A stretch of 64,000 nucleotides of DNA. It comes from the human T2T-CHM13v2.0 reference genome, Homo sapiens. Under the pieces are notes generated by a model. The model had not been told where the DNA came from, made no database searches, and saw nothing but the letters and a program-made list of their open reading frames with translations. Shown one piece after another: positions 41,004 through 56,595 of this stretch. Made by a program: the position numbers and the translations under genes. The first letter of the stretch is position 1. Every line of letters starts with the position of its first letter. The DNA lies in the NCBI RefSeq assembly GCF_009914755.1, contig NC_060925.1. The stretch is one strand, 5' to 3'.

Positions 41004-41447
41004 GAATTTATTTAAGAGTAGTAATCAACTTGATTTTTTTCTATTAATTTTAGCTAAGCAAAAGTTCCATCATTATTCATGACTGATGATTTCTTTCCTT
41101 ATATTTATTGTGATGACTTTTTAATCATACATTTAAACTAATACACATTCCTAGAGGTGGTACTCTAAGCTGAATATTTTCTAACAAAGTCTATCTATTA
41201 TTATGTCTAATACCACATTTATCACTGTATTTTAGAAATGTTTAATATTAAGATTAGTCCCCCTCATTCTTTTCCCCTGACCCCCAAATTGTTCTTATTC
41301 TTCTTGACTATTTATCTCCCAATTGAAATTACTTGTGGTATTTAATTTAACTTAGTAATTCTGATAAGTAGCCTCCATGGAAGAGACTTACTGTATTATT
41401 TACTTAGCACCCATCCATCCACTTGAATTTGTTAACATTAAGGTTTA

Positions 41448-41820
<373 letters not shown>

Positions 41821-42481
41821 AGTGCATATCCTGAGGATTTGAACAAATTCAGAAAACATTGAAATAGTATTACATGAACTGTTCCTATTCTAAAGTAAGA
41901 TTAATTTAGGAAGTAGTAGCTCTTAGTTCTTTATTACCTAGTTTAAATTTTAAAAGAAAGCATTTATACTTAAGAATAAAATTTCTAAACCCTTTCCTTG
42001 TATTGAGTTGTATGTGTGTTAGTGTATGAGATTGCTGAGTTTATTGTACTGAGTCGGCTTCATTGTATGACAGATCTAAAAAAACTGGGAGAGTTCTGCC
42101 TAATACTGCAAAACCAGAGTAAAGTTAGGAAATTGGGCTAATGTTTAATTAAGTCAATCACTGGCCTTACTTTTGTCCTTCATTTGCTCAATTACACTTA
42201 TGGTAAATTTCTTTCTCGAACTGATGGAGAAAAGACTTTGTGATCTCATGCCGTTAAAGTACATAATCCCATATGATATTACAGTATGGAGAGATGCTTT
42301 TCTTTTTATTTATAATTCTCCCACATTAATGTCATGTCTGTCTGTTCTAATTTAGTGCTTTGTATTTTTCATTTTAAAAGTACCTGGTCTGCTCCTGTGA
42401 ACATTTAGGTAGATACCTCAGTTTGAGGTCCTGTGAGTCTGTGATTCTATTATTTGTAAACATGTATGAAAATGGAAAAGA

Positions 42482-42770
42482 GGTTGGGCATGGTGGCTCA
42501 CACCTATAATCCTAGCACTTTGGGAGGCAGGAGGATTGCTTGAAGCTGAGAGTTTGAGAGCAGCTTGGGCAACAAAGAGAGACCCCTGTCTCTACAAAAA
42601 ATTTAAAAAACTAGCTGGACGTGGTGGTGCGCACCTGTAGTCCCAGCTACTCAGGAGGCTGAGGTGGGAGGATCACTAGAACCTGGGAGTTCCAGGCTGC
42701 ACTGAGCTATGATTGTACCACCCTGGGCACCAAAGTGAGACCCCGTCTCAAAAACAAACAAACAGAAAAA
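42482..42770 (+). mobile_element. AluJ-like
   Basis: Dimer with small deletions and an (AAAC)n tail. Confidence 0.88.
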
Positions 42771-45730
42771 ACAGAGAGGGAAAAATAAAGAAAAATACAT
42801 ATGTATAATAATAGGTTCTCAATATATATTAGTTTCTTTCCCTTTCTACTTTCGGGATGAATTCACTGCTTGTTGAAATGTAATTGACTGATCTAAATGC
42901 TGATGTTTTAATGAAAAGTATATAAGGTGGATTTCATTTAATTCTGTCCTAAATGACAGTTTGACGACATACTTAACAAATCCCTAGGCACCAAGGATTT
43001 GGGGTTTTGTTGGGAAGAAAACATCTAGGCCAGAAACGATGTACTTTTACCTTGTTTTGAATCTTTTATTGTTTGGATCAGACCTCGTTTAAAAATGTAG
43101 AGGAAAAATTTAATAGTTCCATTTCTACCTGGAAATACTACCTAGAAATAGTATTAGTCTATTAGTAGACTAATACTCCAGCTGTGGGAAAAACAAAAAA
43201 CAAGCAAAACACCCAAACCTCCCCCAAACCAGAAGTTTTAGAAGGATTAAATTTAAAGGATTTAATCAGAATATATTAAATTTAAAAGGAAATATGATTG
43301 AGGCATTAGAAACTTCTGAGGTAGCGAGGACTTGAAGAGACCTAAATCCCAGCAGTAAGAGAAGTGCACTGAGGTAGGTCTAACATTTTTTATACCACTT
43401 TTCCCTTTGGGGCATTTGCTGAGTATTCATTTGGGCAGAGATTAAGGCAGAGGAGCCTGCAAAGTTTATGTAATCTCTGGCCTGACAACGTAGGCAGAAT
43501 TTGAGGATACAAGATCTTGAAGGAAAAAGAGAAATAAGGCTTACACTCTGAAGAGGCTTTCCCCTTGAGGTATTTCTCTGTTGGTGGTGACGTTTTTATT
43601 ATTATTATTACGAGACAGGGTCTCATTGTCCAGGCTGGATTCGAACTCCTGGGCTCAAGCAATCCTCTCTCAAGTAGCTTGGATAACTGGCATGCACCAC
43701 TATTCCAGATCATTTTTCTGTTATTAGCCTTTGGGAAACAAGCTCAGAAGCTTAGCAGAAAGCAGATCAAAAGCTCAGCAGTATAGTAAGATGTGACTAT
43801 CGATTCTATGAAACAATACTAATAATGTCTCATGAGGCCTAATCTTGTGCTGGGGGGCCAAAAATTGTATTTCAGTGGTTGCTAAGGAGGAGGGGTTTTG
43901 ATAATCATTCCAGGCTCTCAGTTGGAATCCTTGGAAGTTATGATTACTAGGAGAGAGGGTGAACTAAAGTCTTGCTAAGTCTGAAAACCTGCCTTCAATC
44001 TACTCAGCTCACATTGAATTGGTGTTATCTGCCCATCATCTAGCTGCCAGCCGTAGGTACATCTTTTCTGGAGGAAGAAACAGAATTAGCTTGTATACAA
44101 ATTTTAACACAGTATCTGATGTGCAGTCAAACGTGTTATTAGGCATGTAAGGAGTCAGGATCAAGAGAAAAAAGATCTGACAGTAGAAATAGACCCATAA
44201 GTGATCCAGATATTGGAATTATCAGTCACAGACCTTAAAACAATTGGGGAATCTACAATGAAAAAAATCAAATGGAAATTCGAACACTGAAAACCACAGT
44301 AAGTAAAGTAAGAACTCAGAAGATTAGTTTAACAGCAGCTGGGACATAGTTGAAGAAAGGATTCATGAACTGAAAAATAGATTAGTTGAAAATATCCAGA
44401 CTGGCCTATGTGGAGAAAAGAACATTAAGAATAAAGGGAAAAAATCATAAAAGATGCATTAACTGTAGTAATAAAATCTAACATGCGAGTAACTGGATTC
44501 CCAAACTGTGATGGATTTGGAGCTACAATAGTGAGATTCAAGATTACTGTCAATCCTAAGGAATATTAATACTTATAAAACCACACTGGGTTACCATAGT
44601 AAAAATGCTGAAAACTAGAAAAATAAAAAATCTTAAAAGTAACTGGAGGAGGGAACAAAATTTAAAAGCTGTAATAAGACTGATACCTGATGACACATTA
44701 GAAAAAGTTGAATCAGAAGACAAAGGCATGATATCTTTAATGTTGTGAGGAAAAATAATCACTAACTCTGTATTATAGCCAGATAAAAGTATACTTCAAA
44801 AGTGAGAGTGAAGTAAAGACATTTCCAGACGCATACAAATTGAGATAATTTAGATACAGGAGATGGGGTTCTTCAGGCAGAAAGGAAATGATACCAGACT
44901 GAAAAGAGTAAATGCAGGAGGGAAAGAAGACTAAGTAAATATATGGCCAAATGTAAATTAATGCTAACTATACAAAATAATCGTATTAATGCCTTGTGGG
45001 GTTTAAAATATATGTGCAATTAAAATGCATAACGATAATAACTCAAAAGGTGGAAGAGTATAAAATTGTCAACCATGTTCAAAGATCCTTTTTCTGGAAC
45101 AAGGTGAAGTTACTAATTTATACTTATAATGAAAGAGTTAATCACAATGGAAGATTATTAAATGTCATGGATGCCCATGCAACCTCTAGGGTACTAACCA
45201 AAAGAATAAGAAAGAATAACCAACAACTTTCCAGAGGGAAAAATGCAATATCAAGATATTTGATTAATGTAAAGGAAGGAAGAAAGGAGGGAAAAGAAGT
45301 AACATATGGGCTGAATCTGTTCTTAAATTAGATTATGGTGATGGTTCATAGCTGTGTAACTATACCAAAAAGCATTGAAATTGTGTACCTTAAATAAATG
45401 AACTTTATGATATGTAAATTATATTTCCATAAAGCTAGATAAAGAGAACATGAGACCAATATAATACAAATAATATGAAAATATGATAAATATAACTAAT
45501 AAATATAAACTCATATTTTAAGAATAAAACTAAATGTTAATTGACTAAATACTTCAATCAAAATTCATGGATTGTCAGATTTTATTAACTGCAATTGTAT
45601 GCTGCTCACCAGAGATATACTTTAAGACTGTCTTACAGAAAGAGTAAAAGCTATAGGATGGTAAAGTTGTATGTGTGGTAAAGTTGAATCTAAAGAAAGC
45701 TGGTATAACTATGTTAATATCTGAGAAAAG

Positions 45731-46158
<428 letters not shown>

Positions 46159-48565
46159 TTAAAAAAAGTCAGTTTATAAGAAAAATAAAATAATTCTGAA
46201 TTTACATGAATCTAATGATATAGCTTTCAAGCTTATAAAAACAAAAATTGACAAAATTATCAGGAGATCTCAATCAACAATCAATGTATAAGACCATCCT
46301 TCTCACAGTATTACAATAATCAGGCAAATAAATGAATGAGGATATAGAAATCTGAACAGTATGATTAATTAACATATGTATTGACATTTATAGAACACAG
46401 CACCATATGCTGAGAAAGTACACATTTGTTTCAAGTGCAGATGGAGCATTACCAAAATTGATTATGGAGGAAGTATAAGCAAATTTCAAAGGTTTGAAAT
46501 AAGAGTGTATTCCTTTCTCATCACATAATTCAGTAAGAAATAAGTAACAAAAGGAATTGCAAATCCATAAGCCTATGAATCAACGAGTTAATCAAAATGG
46601 CAAATTATAAGATATTTTAAATTGGATAATAGTGGAAAACATGGATACAGTTAAAACTGTGGATACAGTTAAAACTGATTAGAGGAAGTTATTCGGCCCT
46701 AAATACATAAGAAGAACTGAATAATCAGTTATCTAAATATCTCAAGAAGACAAAAAGAAAATATTAAACCTGGAAAATGTAGAAAGAAGAAATTATGAAG
46801 TAGAATTTATGTAGAAAGCAGAATTTATGAAGTAGAAAGAAATATAAATCATTCAAGCCAATAGCTGGATTTTTGAAATGACTAATTGATGAGCCCTTGG
46901 AAAGACTGAATACGAAAAAGAGAGAATATAAAATTAACAATATTAGAAATGAAAATAGGAAATCACTGCAGAACCTCCAAACAATGAAAAGATAATAAGA
47001 GAATACTGTGACTAGCTTTGTTCCAAAGAAATTAAAACATTCTAGAAACAATATAGTGTTAGCGAAATACAGTTTACCAACCCTAACACTAGAAGTGGGA
47101 AATATCAACTGTCTTATATTTATTAAATGAAATGAATTTATAATTAAAGCCTTCTCACAAAGAAGTCCAGGCCCAGATGGCCTCACTGGTTAATTCCACC
47201 AAACATATAAGGAAACAATAATACCAATCTTAAACTCTTTCATAATACTTCCCAACTGATTTTATGAGGCCAACATAACCCTGATCCTAAACTATGACAA
47301 AGACCATGCAAAAAAAAAAAAAAAAAAAAAAAGGTATAGACTAATATTTATCAGGGACTGTAGGTGTAGAAATCCTCCACAAAATATTAAAATATTGGGA
47401 AATCCATCCCATTGACATATCAACTCAATAGCCTATTACAACCAAGTTGGGATTCAAAACCAATTATTGTCACTTACCTTATTAAGAGAAAAAAATATTT
47501 ATTTTAACAGATACTATAAAACATTTTTAAATATTAAACACCTATTCATTGTAATATTAGTAAGTCGGCATGTAAGAAAAGTTACTTAAACTGATAGAAA
47601 TTATCTATCAAATGCAAAACTGGTGAAATATTGAATTCTTTCAAGGCAGTGTTGAATAAAGTTGGGGAAAGTGGATACTTTTGGAATTAAAAATGAGCTT
47701 GGCAAAGTCACAGCTCACTATAAAAATTCAGTTATATCAGTTATATTTTTATATTCTAGTAAAAAGCAATTACAAAATAAAAATAAGTGATTTCACTTAT
47801 ATTAGTATAATGAAACAACACATACCTAGGAATAACTCTAATAAAAGGTGTGTAAACCTTTACACAGAAAATTGAGAAACATTTTGAGAAAAATAAAGAT
47901 GACCTTAAAAAAAGGATAAATATACCATGTTCATATATTGGGAGGCTCAATATTACAAAGATGACAGTTCTCTTCCAATTGATCAGGTAGATCAATGCAA
48001 TCTCAATCAAAATCCCAGCAGGTTTTCTTTTAGTGTGCATGAAAGTTGGAAAAGCCAGTTCTAAATGAAGAAGAGCAAGATTACCAAATACAACTTTGAA
48101 GAAAAGAACAAGGTTAGAGTCTTTGACTCCTGGATATCAAGACTTATTTTAATGTTACAATAAGACCGTTGGGTATTAGGACAAAGACAGAAAAATAGAG
48201 CAGGATAGAGTTCATAAGTAGATCTGCACATTTGTGTCTTGATGCATTAGTAAGTGACAATGCAGTGCTAATGGGGAAAAGATTTATTTTTTAATAAATG
48301 GTCATTTGGATAGGTATACAAGGGTGGGTGAGGCGACAACTCTTAACTCCCTCCCTACCATCTTACATAAAAAATCAATACCAGGTATGTCGCAACTTTC
48401 ATGGGAAAGGCAAAATAATGAACTTTCTAGAAAATTTAGTAGCTTTAGTAGCTTCGTGTCATTTTATTTTGTTGTTGAAGATTTGCGTGTGATACATTTA
48501 TATGTCATTTGTTTTCTAGTATGTAAAATGCAGATAATAAGATTACATGTAAAATGTATGGCTCA

Positions 48566-49024
<459 letters not shown>

Positions 49025-51418
49025 TCATATAGTGATATAATTTAAAAATAATTACTTTTATATTAGATTCTTATGTCCTCTCTGCTAAATCAAGTTGGTG
49101 TTTAAATAACTGTTGTTTCTTTTAAGGGAAATTTTGTTTTTATTTTGAAATTTTGAAATGAAATTGCTCTTTTTATTAGTGTTAATATGATAGATATTTA
49201 ATGTAATTTCCTGCAGATATTAAAATAGTCATTTTCTTTAATAAAATCCACATATATTTTTAAAATTCCACATACTTGATTCAAGTTTTTGGAAAAAATG
49301 TTCCTTTGTCTTATATGTTTTATGGGTTTGTAATTGCGTAAATTCTAAAATTGGTTAAGTTTACTGTGAATTTTATATTTCCTTGTCTTGATTAGCTCCA
49401 TTTGAATCATTCTCCTTTTCACCGTTTGCAGGAATTTAAATGATTCTTGTCAACAAGAACAAGAGACGTGTCATGAAATCGTTCTGCATTGCTTATGCAT
49501 AATTACAACTTTATTGTATGTTAGTCAGTCTTTTAACCCTGTGGACCATTTGTCTTGTCTTGTGTGTCTAGCTGATAATTCACTCCCAGCAATGCTGTTG
49601 CTAAGCTTTTCTTTGGGTATTTGGATATTCTGTTTGTTACATTATTGCTCCTAATTCTTGCGCCTTGAAGAACTGTGTCTTTTGTAATATAGAACATTAA
49701 AGAGCTCCTGTTACTATCATTAGTAACTATGACTCTTGATTATAAATTCTTTCTTCTGAAAAAATCCCATAACTTTATCTTTGCACTGATGGGAGTGTGT
49801 GTGTGTGTGTGTGTATGCATGTGTGAATGTCTGACATGCAGAAGTGAACCTGATAATGGCAAAATACAATGTCTTTGATAATCGTTGATAGCACTAAAAA
49901 TATGCACTAAATATGCACTAAAATAGCACCAAAAATATGGCATATTCTATTTTCCTGATAAATATTAAAAGGAAGTCATTTAATTTTTTTAGATTTTTTT
50001 GGGGAAGAGAATAAATATAAAAATTCGCCCTTTTAGAGGTAGAAAAGTGCACAATTGCACTGTGCTGGACATGCCTTTTTTGCTTCTGTTTGCCCCAGGA
50101 TCTAAAGGAATGGATTCATCACTCCGATAAGTTAATGTTTAAAAGGAGATCTTCAGCTTTATCTAACAAGAGAATATCTTGAAAAATGTATAGTGAAAAT
50201 CAGGCCTTTCTGTTCAGTCAAGTGTTTTTCTTAAATAACAACAGTGTGTTTGTAAAATGCAAAGGAGGAAGTAAGTTTAGAACAGATTTTTCTGAAAACT
50301 AAGTAAATTACAAAAGAAGGCAAAATGCTCTGTTACAAGTAACCTATTGGATTTCATTAGGGCTTCATAAAATTCTGCCTGTTTATTTAGGCTCATATTT
50401 TAAATATCACTTTATAACATTTTTGAAATAATCACTCTGTATGTTGCTTTTTATGCATATTGCTTCCCAAAAGCTTGCTTGCCAGAGCATTGGAGATTCC
50501 TAGCTAATAGCCCAAGATTTCTGCCTAAGTAGCATTAGCTTCTTACCTAATTAATGAGTTTTCTAAGGAAAAAAAATTACAAATAAACTTTCATACATGA
50601 AGGGTGTGAAGCAAGCCACAATTCCCACAGGACACCAATTATACATTCTATAGATGGGAGGTGAGTTAAGGAAACTTACCTTTGAGATTGAGTATGTCTC
50701 TCAATGTTGAAATTTTTTATTCTGATTTATTTGCAAGGAATCCTAGGGCGTTGTAGAGACAGTCTTTGTTGACATATGGCTTTTTTGTTTGTTCTGTTTA
50801 CAGTGTGGGTATGATTATAGTCACTTAAGTTTTAAAGAGCCACATAATGATTAAGAGACTAACATTCACTTATAAATACAACTTTAAAAAATAATTTGAT
50901 TCCCACATAACTTCAGAACTATTTGTTAAGGCATGCCTTTATATTGTGAAATTGTATGAAATGCTAGAAAGATTAGAGTAAGAGAAATTTTACTTTAAGT
51001 GTCATGAGAGAAACTGTAGTTAGACACTATGTCTCTAAATTGATCTTTTTAATTAAATCAGTTTTTATAATTAGAGGAGAGTAGTAGTTCTTAAATCAGA
51101 AGGCCTATTACGTTTGAGAATTAGAGAAATGTTCATGTTTGCTTTTAAATAAATTGGATTATCATTATTTTATGTACCTGGTGCATTTCCAGCCTAATGT
51201 CTTTTTGAGTTCTGATTGCTAAATTAACTGAATTCTTTTTGTTTGGTGAGATTAAATGTTGTTAATGAAAAACTTGAATACAATTTTTTAAGCTTTAGAA
51301 TTGGAAGTAGATTGTGGTTCAAGGACCAAATTGATATCAATTCATTTAAATGACAGTAATTGAAACATTGCTAGGTATTTGTTTGTTTGTTATTTATTTT
51401 GGCTTTTTCTTTCCACAG

Positions 51419-51439
51419 CAAGTTGATGTGGAAAAATGG
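51419..51439 (+). CDS. RYR2: RYR2 microexon 4 (21 nt, QVDVEKW)
   Basis: Long U-rich tract ending ggctttttctttccacag|CAA GTT GAT GTG GAA AAA TGG|gtatgt. Continues the RyR2 sequence ...EKSEG-QVDVEKW. Confidence 0.95.
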
Positions 51440-51884
51440 GTATGTGTTTCCATGTATTTGCAAAGAAATTGTGATCTAAAAGTGCATGCTTGCTCTCGCC
51501 TCTAATCTTTCATTTTGCTTCCTAGTGTGGCTTGTACTATTAGTGTTCAAACTAACTGCTTCGTTGTAATGAACACATGTTTTACAGGTCTCTAATGAGA
51601 ACCTTATGTTTCTGGTTTTGCTTCATCTGAAATGGGGCATATTAAAGTACTTTCCATCCCTAGAACCACATAGTTTTTATATAATTTATTTTGTAATTAT
51701 TATGTGCTTCTGGCCAACAGAAAGGTGTTTATTATTCATACTGTCTGTATATCTTCTGCAAAAAAAAAACAAAAAACAAAAACCTTGACTGTTTAATCTC
51801 AAAATTCCACTGCTTAGTCCTTATATTTCTGCATGTACTGTAGAAGAAGACAATTATATATATAGTCATAGAAAGTCATAGAAC

Positions 51885-52027
<143 letters not shown>

Positions 52028-54489
52028 TGAAGCAGTGAAGGTGAATGACCATGTAGAAAAACGCAGTTACAGGATTCTGGAGGCTAATTCTTAGAGCCCA
52101 CATTGTCACAAGTTGTGCAAAAAGTTACGTTGCTTCTTTTGGTCTCGGTTTCCTTATCTGTTAGGAAAAAATAAAGGAGAGAGGAAATACACCAAGGTAC
52201 CTTCCAATACTTAACACACCAGGATTCTGAATGGAAATTAAAGTCTCCTCAAGACTGATATTCCTACTCCACTTTCTCCCAAGAGTGCAAAACAGTGAGG
52301 CTTTTCATTGTTGAAATGTTTTTGTATTTGCTCTGTGACTTATATGAAGAATCCTTTAAGATTGACTTAACTGATGGCTTTATTTTATCTTCATTATTTT
52401 TCTGGTTTTAGGATCCAACTTTCTTGATGCAATATTTTGAGAATTTTGCCATCTTTTCAGTGCCCTTTCAGTAGTGTTTTCCAACAATTTCATGTTCTCT
52501 TGTCTTTTTTTTAAATTTTTTTTAGCCCTTTAAAGACAAGGAAACTTGTTTTTTAATTTACCATTTCTGATGACCTTTGAAAACTATGACTTGTATGTTA
52601 TATTGCTGAGAATAATTTGAAGTCTTCATTTCTCTTTATAACCGAACTACTACTACTTTTGACCAACTATTTGTTTTTGAAATTTCCTACCTTCCTCTTT
52701 GGCTATAGTTAAAATGCTGATCCAAGATTCACATTTTTCTTGTCTTGGTAAGGGAAGCCTGCTTCCTTCTCAGAACACGTATGACACCTCTTTGTCCTGC
52801 ACTTCCCTAATATCAGCATCCTACAACATAGCCCTCTGTCTTTTCCCATCCTTGCATCCCTTCACTTCCATTACACTATTTCTGTGCCATATCTGGATTG
52901 GTATTGACCAACCACTCAAGCTGCTTTTACTTACTTTGTAAATAGCACTTGCCAGTAAATAAAATCACCTTTTCACCATTGTCTAAAAGTCTTCCCTTCA
53001 GTTCCTCTGTGGATTTGGTTACTTTTGATCTGCCTGTGTAATTTTTTTCTTTCTTATTCCTATAATAATTTATTTTTATTTGTATTAAGTTTATTTGTAA
53101 ATCATTGCAGTAGAGATTGCCTTCTAGTTCTAAGGAAATATCTCTGATATTTTCTGAGCTAAAAACCTTGAGGCTTAGTTTGCCAAGTGACTGGCTTTAT
53201 AATCTTATGTAGCCTCTTTATTGGCCGTAATCTCTTTGTCTGTAGGACTAGAATCTGCTTTACTCCTTTTTTCTTAAGTATTACTATCATGTCAGTGCTA
53301 AAACATATTGATGCCAAAATACATGTTCATTTGGAAGTCATATAATAAAAAGATTCTGCTGGGTTTTAGAACACTGATGATCACTATGTGTAAATGTTGC
53401 AGCAAATTTTAGATTGGAGCTCTTTTTTTCTTTGAAGACCTATCCAGTTCATGTCTTATGCTTTGGCCATTAGAAGTTTGAAATTCTACTGTTACAGGTA
53501 GACTTTGAAGGCCAACAGAAAGTAATTTAACCCTCTACCCACCTAACCCAGGACTATTGAGACTCCTCTGTGGGGCTGGTACTTCTCTGCCCCTTGAGTT
53601 AAATTAGAACCGGTCCCTTGACCTTTCTCGTATTCCAAGAGTGAAATACCCCACAGACATTTCAAGTCATACAGATCTCATTTCAGTAATTAAAATGCCC
53701 AAATCTGTATAATAGGTGAACTTGAAGCTAATTCAAGTTAACTTGTCAGGAATCGAGCTGGAGGGACGGATATCTGGGAAGCTGTTTCTTGCTTGCCCCG
53801 CCGGGTTCCTCACGCCCTACTTGGTACCTGGAGAGTCTGCCACTCTCAGGTGCTGTGGGAAGGAGACAGAAGAGAAAGCTTGGCAGGAAAGGTCTGCTTT
53901 GATCATAGTGTCATGCACTGGGCTTGCCAGGTTTCTAATGCTGACTTTCTCTGTGGGCGCTTGGCATTGGTCTTTCGGGGAGCTTCTATCCCCAGAAAAC
54001 TCTGACCTGAGCTTCTCTTGCTGCAGACAAATGCGTGTCCACTAGCTGGTCAGTGGCAATTCCTTACTCTTCCTGGGAGTTCTTGGTGGCCTCTGAGACA
54101 ATCCCAAGCTGGATCTGTCTAGTATGGCCCCCATTTGCTTGTTGGCAGTGTGGTCACTTCCCAGTTGCAGCCCTGTAGGACTACACCCAGCCTTTTGCCT
54201 CTCAATCTCCAGGCATAGTAAGACACCAGTCTACAGTGTCCCAGCTCCCAGGGATATCAGGTATCCCTGAAGCCACCCTTGCTAGGCTTGAAGTGAGGGC
54301 AAGCTTGGGAGGCAGGCAGGATTCCAGGCCCACCTGCACTTCTCTCCAAGAAACCATTTCTTTGCTGCCTGGCCTCTAATAATACACTGGGGGTGGGCAG
54401 TCAGCTAAGGGCAGCCAGTGGATTTGCAGCCACCCTCTTTGACATCCCTGCTTAGGTGGCATAACAATATGTTTTGGGACGTGATAGTA

Positions 54490-54857
54490 CAGGTGCTCCT
54501 CCAGTTAGGGTGAGGTTATATCCTGAAAAGCCCTTCAGAAGTTGAAAATATCGTAAGCCAAAAATGCATGTAATACACCTAACCTACAGAACATTATAGC
54601 TTAGCTTAGCCTCCCTTAAACGGGCTCAGAACACTTACATTAGCTTACAGTGGGGCAACATCATCTAACACAAAGCCTATTTTATACTAAAGTGTTGAAT
54701 ATCTCATGTAATTTATTGAATACTATACTGAAAGTAAAAAATACAATGATTGTATGGGTAATCAAAATACAGTTCCTGCTGAATGCAAATCACTTTCACA
54801 TTGTCGTACAGTTGAAAAATCATAAATAGAACCATTGTTAAGTCAGGGACCTTCTTG
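54490..54857. mobile_element. MER47A-like (Tigger/TcMar) non-autonomous DNA transposon
   Basis: caggtgctcctc ... aatacacctaacctac ... aagtcagggaccttcttg, flanked by TA on both sides. Confidence 0.85.
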
Positions 54858-56344
54858 TAAATCCCCTTCGGAGACTGGTCATTGTTTTGTTTTGGGACAG
54901 TGACCTGTTTTAACTTCTGTTATACTTGCTTGTCTAGGGTGCGTTTACCACCACCAGATTAAGACCTTTGGGAGCCTTACAAACTTAAATATATATGAAA
55001 ATTAAAATGGCTTCTGTATAAATCTTCTGATAACATTATTCTGGATAGTTTCATCAAAGGTCCATCAATCACTTTCTCTTTCTTTCTCCTTTCTCCCTCC
55101 CCTCTCCATCCCCTTTTCCCTAATTCCCTTCCTGCCTTCATCTCCTTCCTTCTCTCCATCATCACTGTCTCTTTGAGCAGCTGTGCATCTGTTTAATCAC
55201 AAGCCCACTGAGTTATCAAATGCTGCTCTTTACACTTTAAAAGAGAATAAAACTCCTGAGTACTGGATAAGAAAGTAACTAATGGTCATTTCCATCTACT
55301 CCACTCCTAGCCCTTTTCTAACCTATACCATTGGTTTCCAATGTGGAGGCCTAGGAATCAGGTCATGAGTGGGGTGAAGAAAGCAAAAGGATGAAATAGA
55401 CTGTGAGATTGTTGTCTATGAAGCATTGTCTATAGACTGAGTGATGTCTTACACATGTATTTTCTCTTAAAAAATATGATGATGCTGTTGTAATTGTTAA
55501 AATCCATAATCATTTCAAATGTTTCTAACTGGAGAGTTGTTTAAAAATGCATTTTAACACACGACTGCTATTATGTGAGAACCTGCGAAATGCTTTCAAG
55601 CTATCAAGGTTCATTCATGTTTGAAATGGTTTTTAAAAATATATGGAGTCTTCTGTATTCTGACATGGGCAATTTTTTATGTGTAGGTGATGATCTGAAT
55701 AGAGGGCAGGCTTTATATGTCTTCAGGACATCAGTATCCATTTGCCCTCTGTAGAAATCAATGTGTTGCTTTTGATTTAGAGAAATTCTCTATCGAGACA
55801 AGCTGGGAAATGAAGAAAGCCCTGGATACCTCTTCTATTTCATGTTTTAGGCATTTATGCAGCTCTTTGCTTTATAAACCTGTCACAGAGATAAAGTGTG
55901 AGAACTTATAGTAGCTTATCGGAATCATTTATTTTTCTTTACCCTTCTAAAGAAGAACTACATAATTGTATGTACATATATATGTCAAATTTATTATACT
56001 CGAAAGAGAAGACATTCCATTTAACTACTGTCTGTACAGAGCTGTTTATAGGTTGAAAAAGAACTTGCTACAAATCTGCCGAAAAATAGAATGAATTCTT
56101 TTTAAACATATCTGCATCTCACATAACTAGATTCCAGTGATGGTCATTAATATGAGTGACACAAGGGCATTTCAATAGAATGTATTATTATGTGTATAAT
56201 TGCTCATTCATGGGCTGGTGGACAAGCCTCTTTCAGATGATTTCTGTACCTGTAATCAATATGTCTGTCTTTTCAGAGCATCTTGGACATTTTTAGCAGG
56301 GGAATCCTGGAAAGTGAAGCATTTCCATAGGATTTATATAGATA

Positions 56345-56595
56345 TTTTTTAAGACAGGGTCTTGCTCTGTCACCCAAGCTGGAGTGTGGCTCAAGTGATA
56401 GTCCCACCTCAGCCTCCTGAGTAGCTGGGACTACAGGCATGTGCCACCATGCCTGGCTAACTTTTTAATTTTTTGTAGAGGCAGTGTCTCACTATGGTGC
56501 CCAAGCTAGTCTTGCACTCCTGGGCTCAAGCAGATACTCCTGCCCTGGCCTCCCAAAGTGCTGGGATTACAGGCATGAGCCACTGCACCCAGACA
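56345..56595 (-). mobile_element. AluJ-like with internal deletion
   Basis: agacagggtcttgctctgtcacc ... gagccactgcacccag. Confidence 0.88.
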
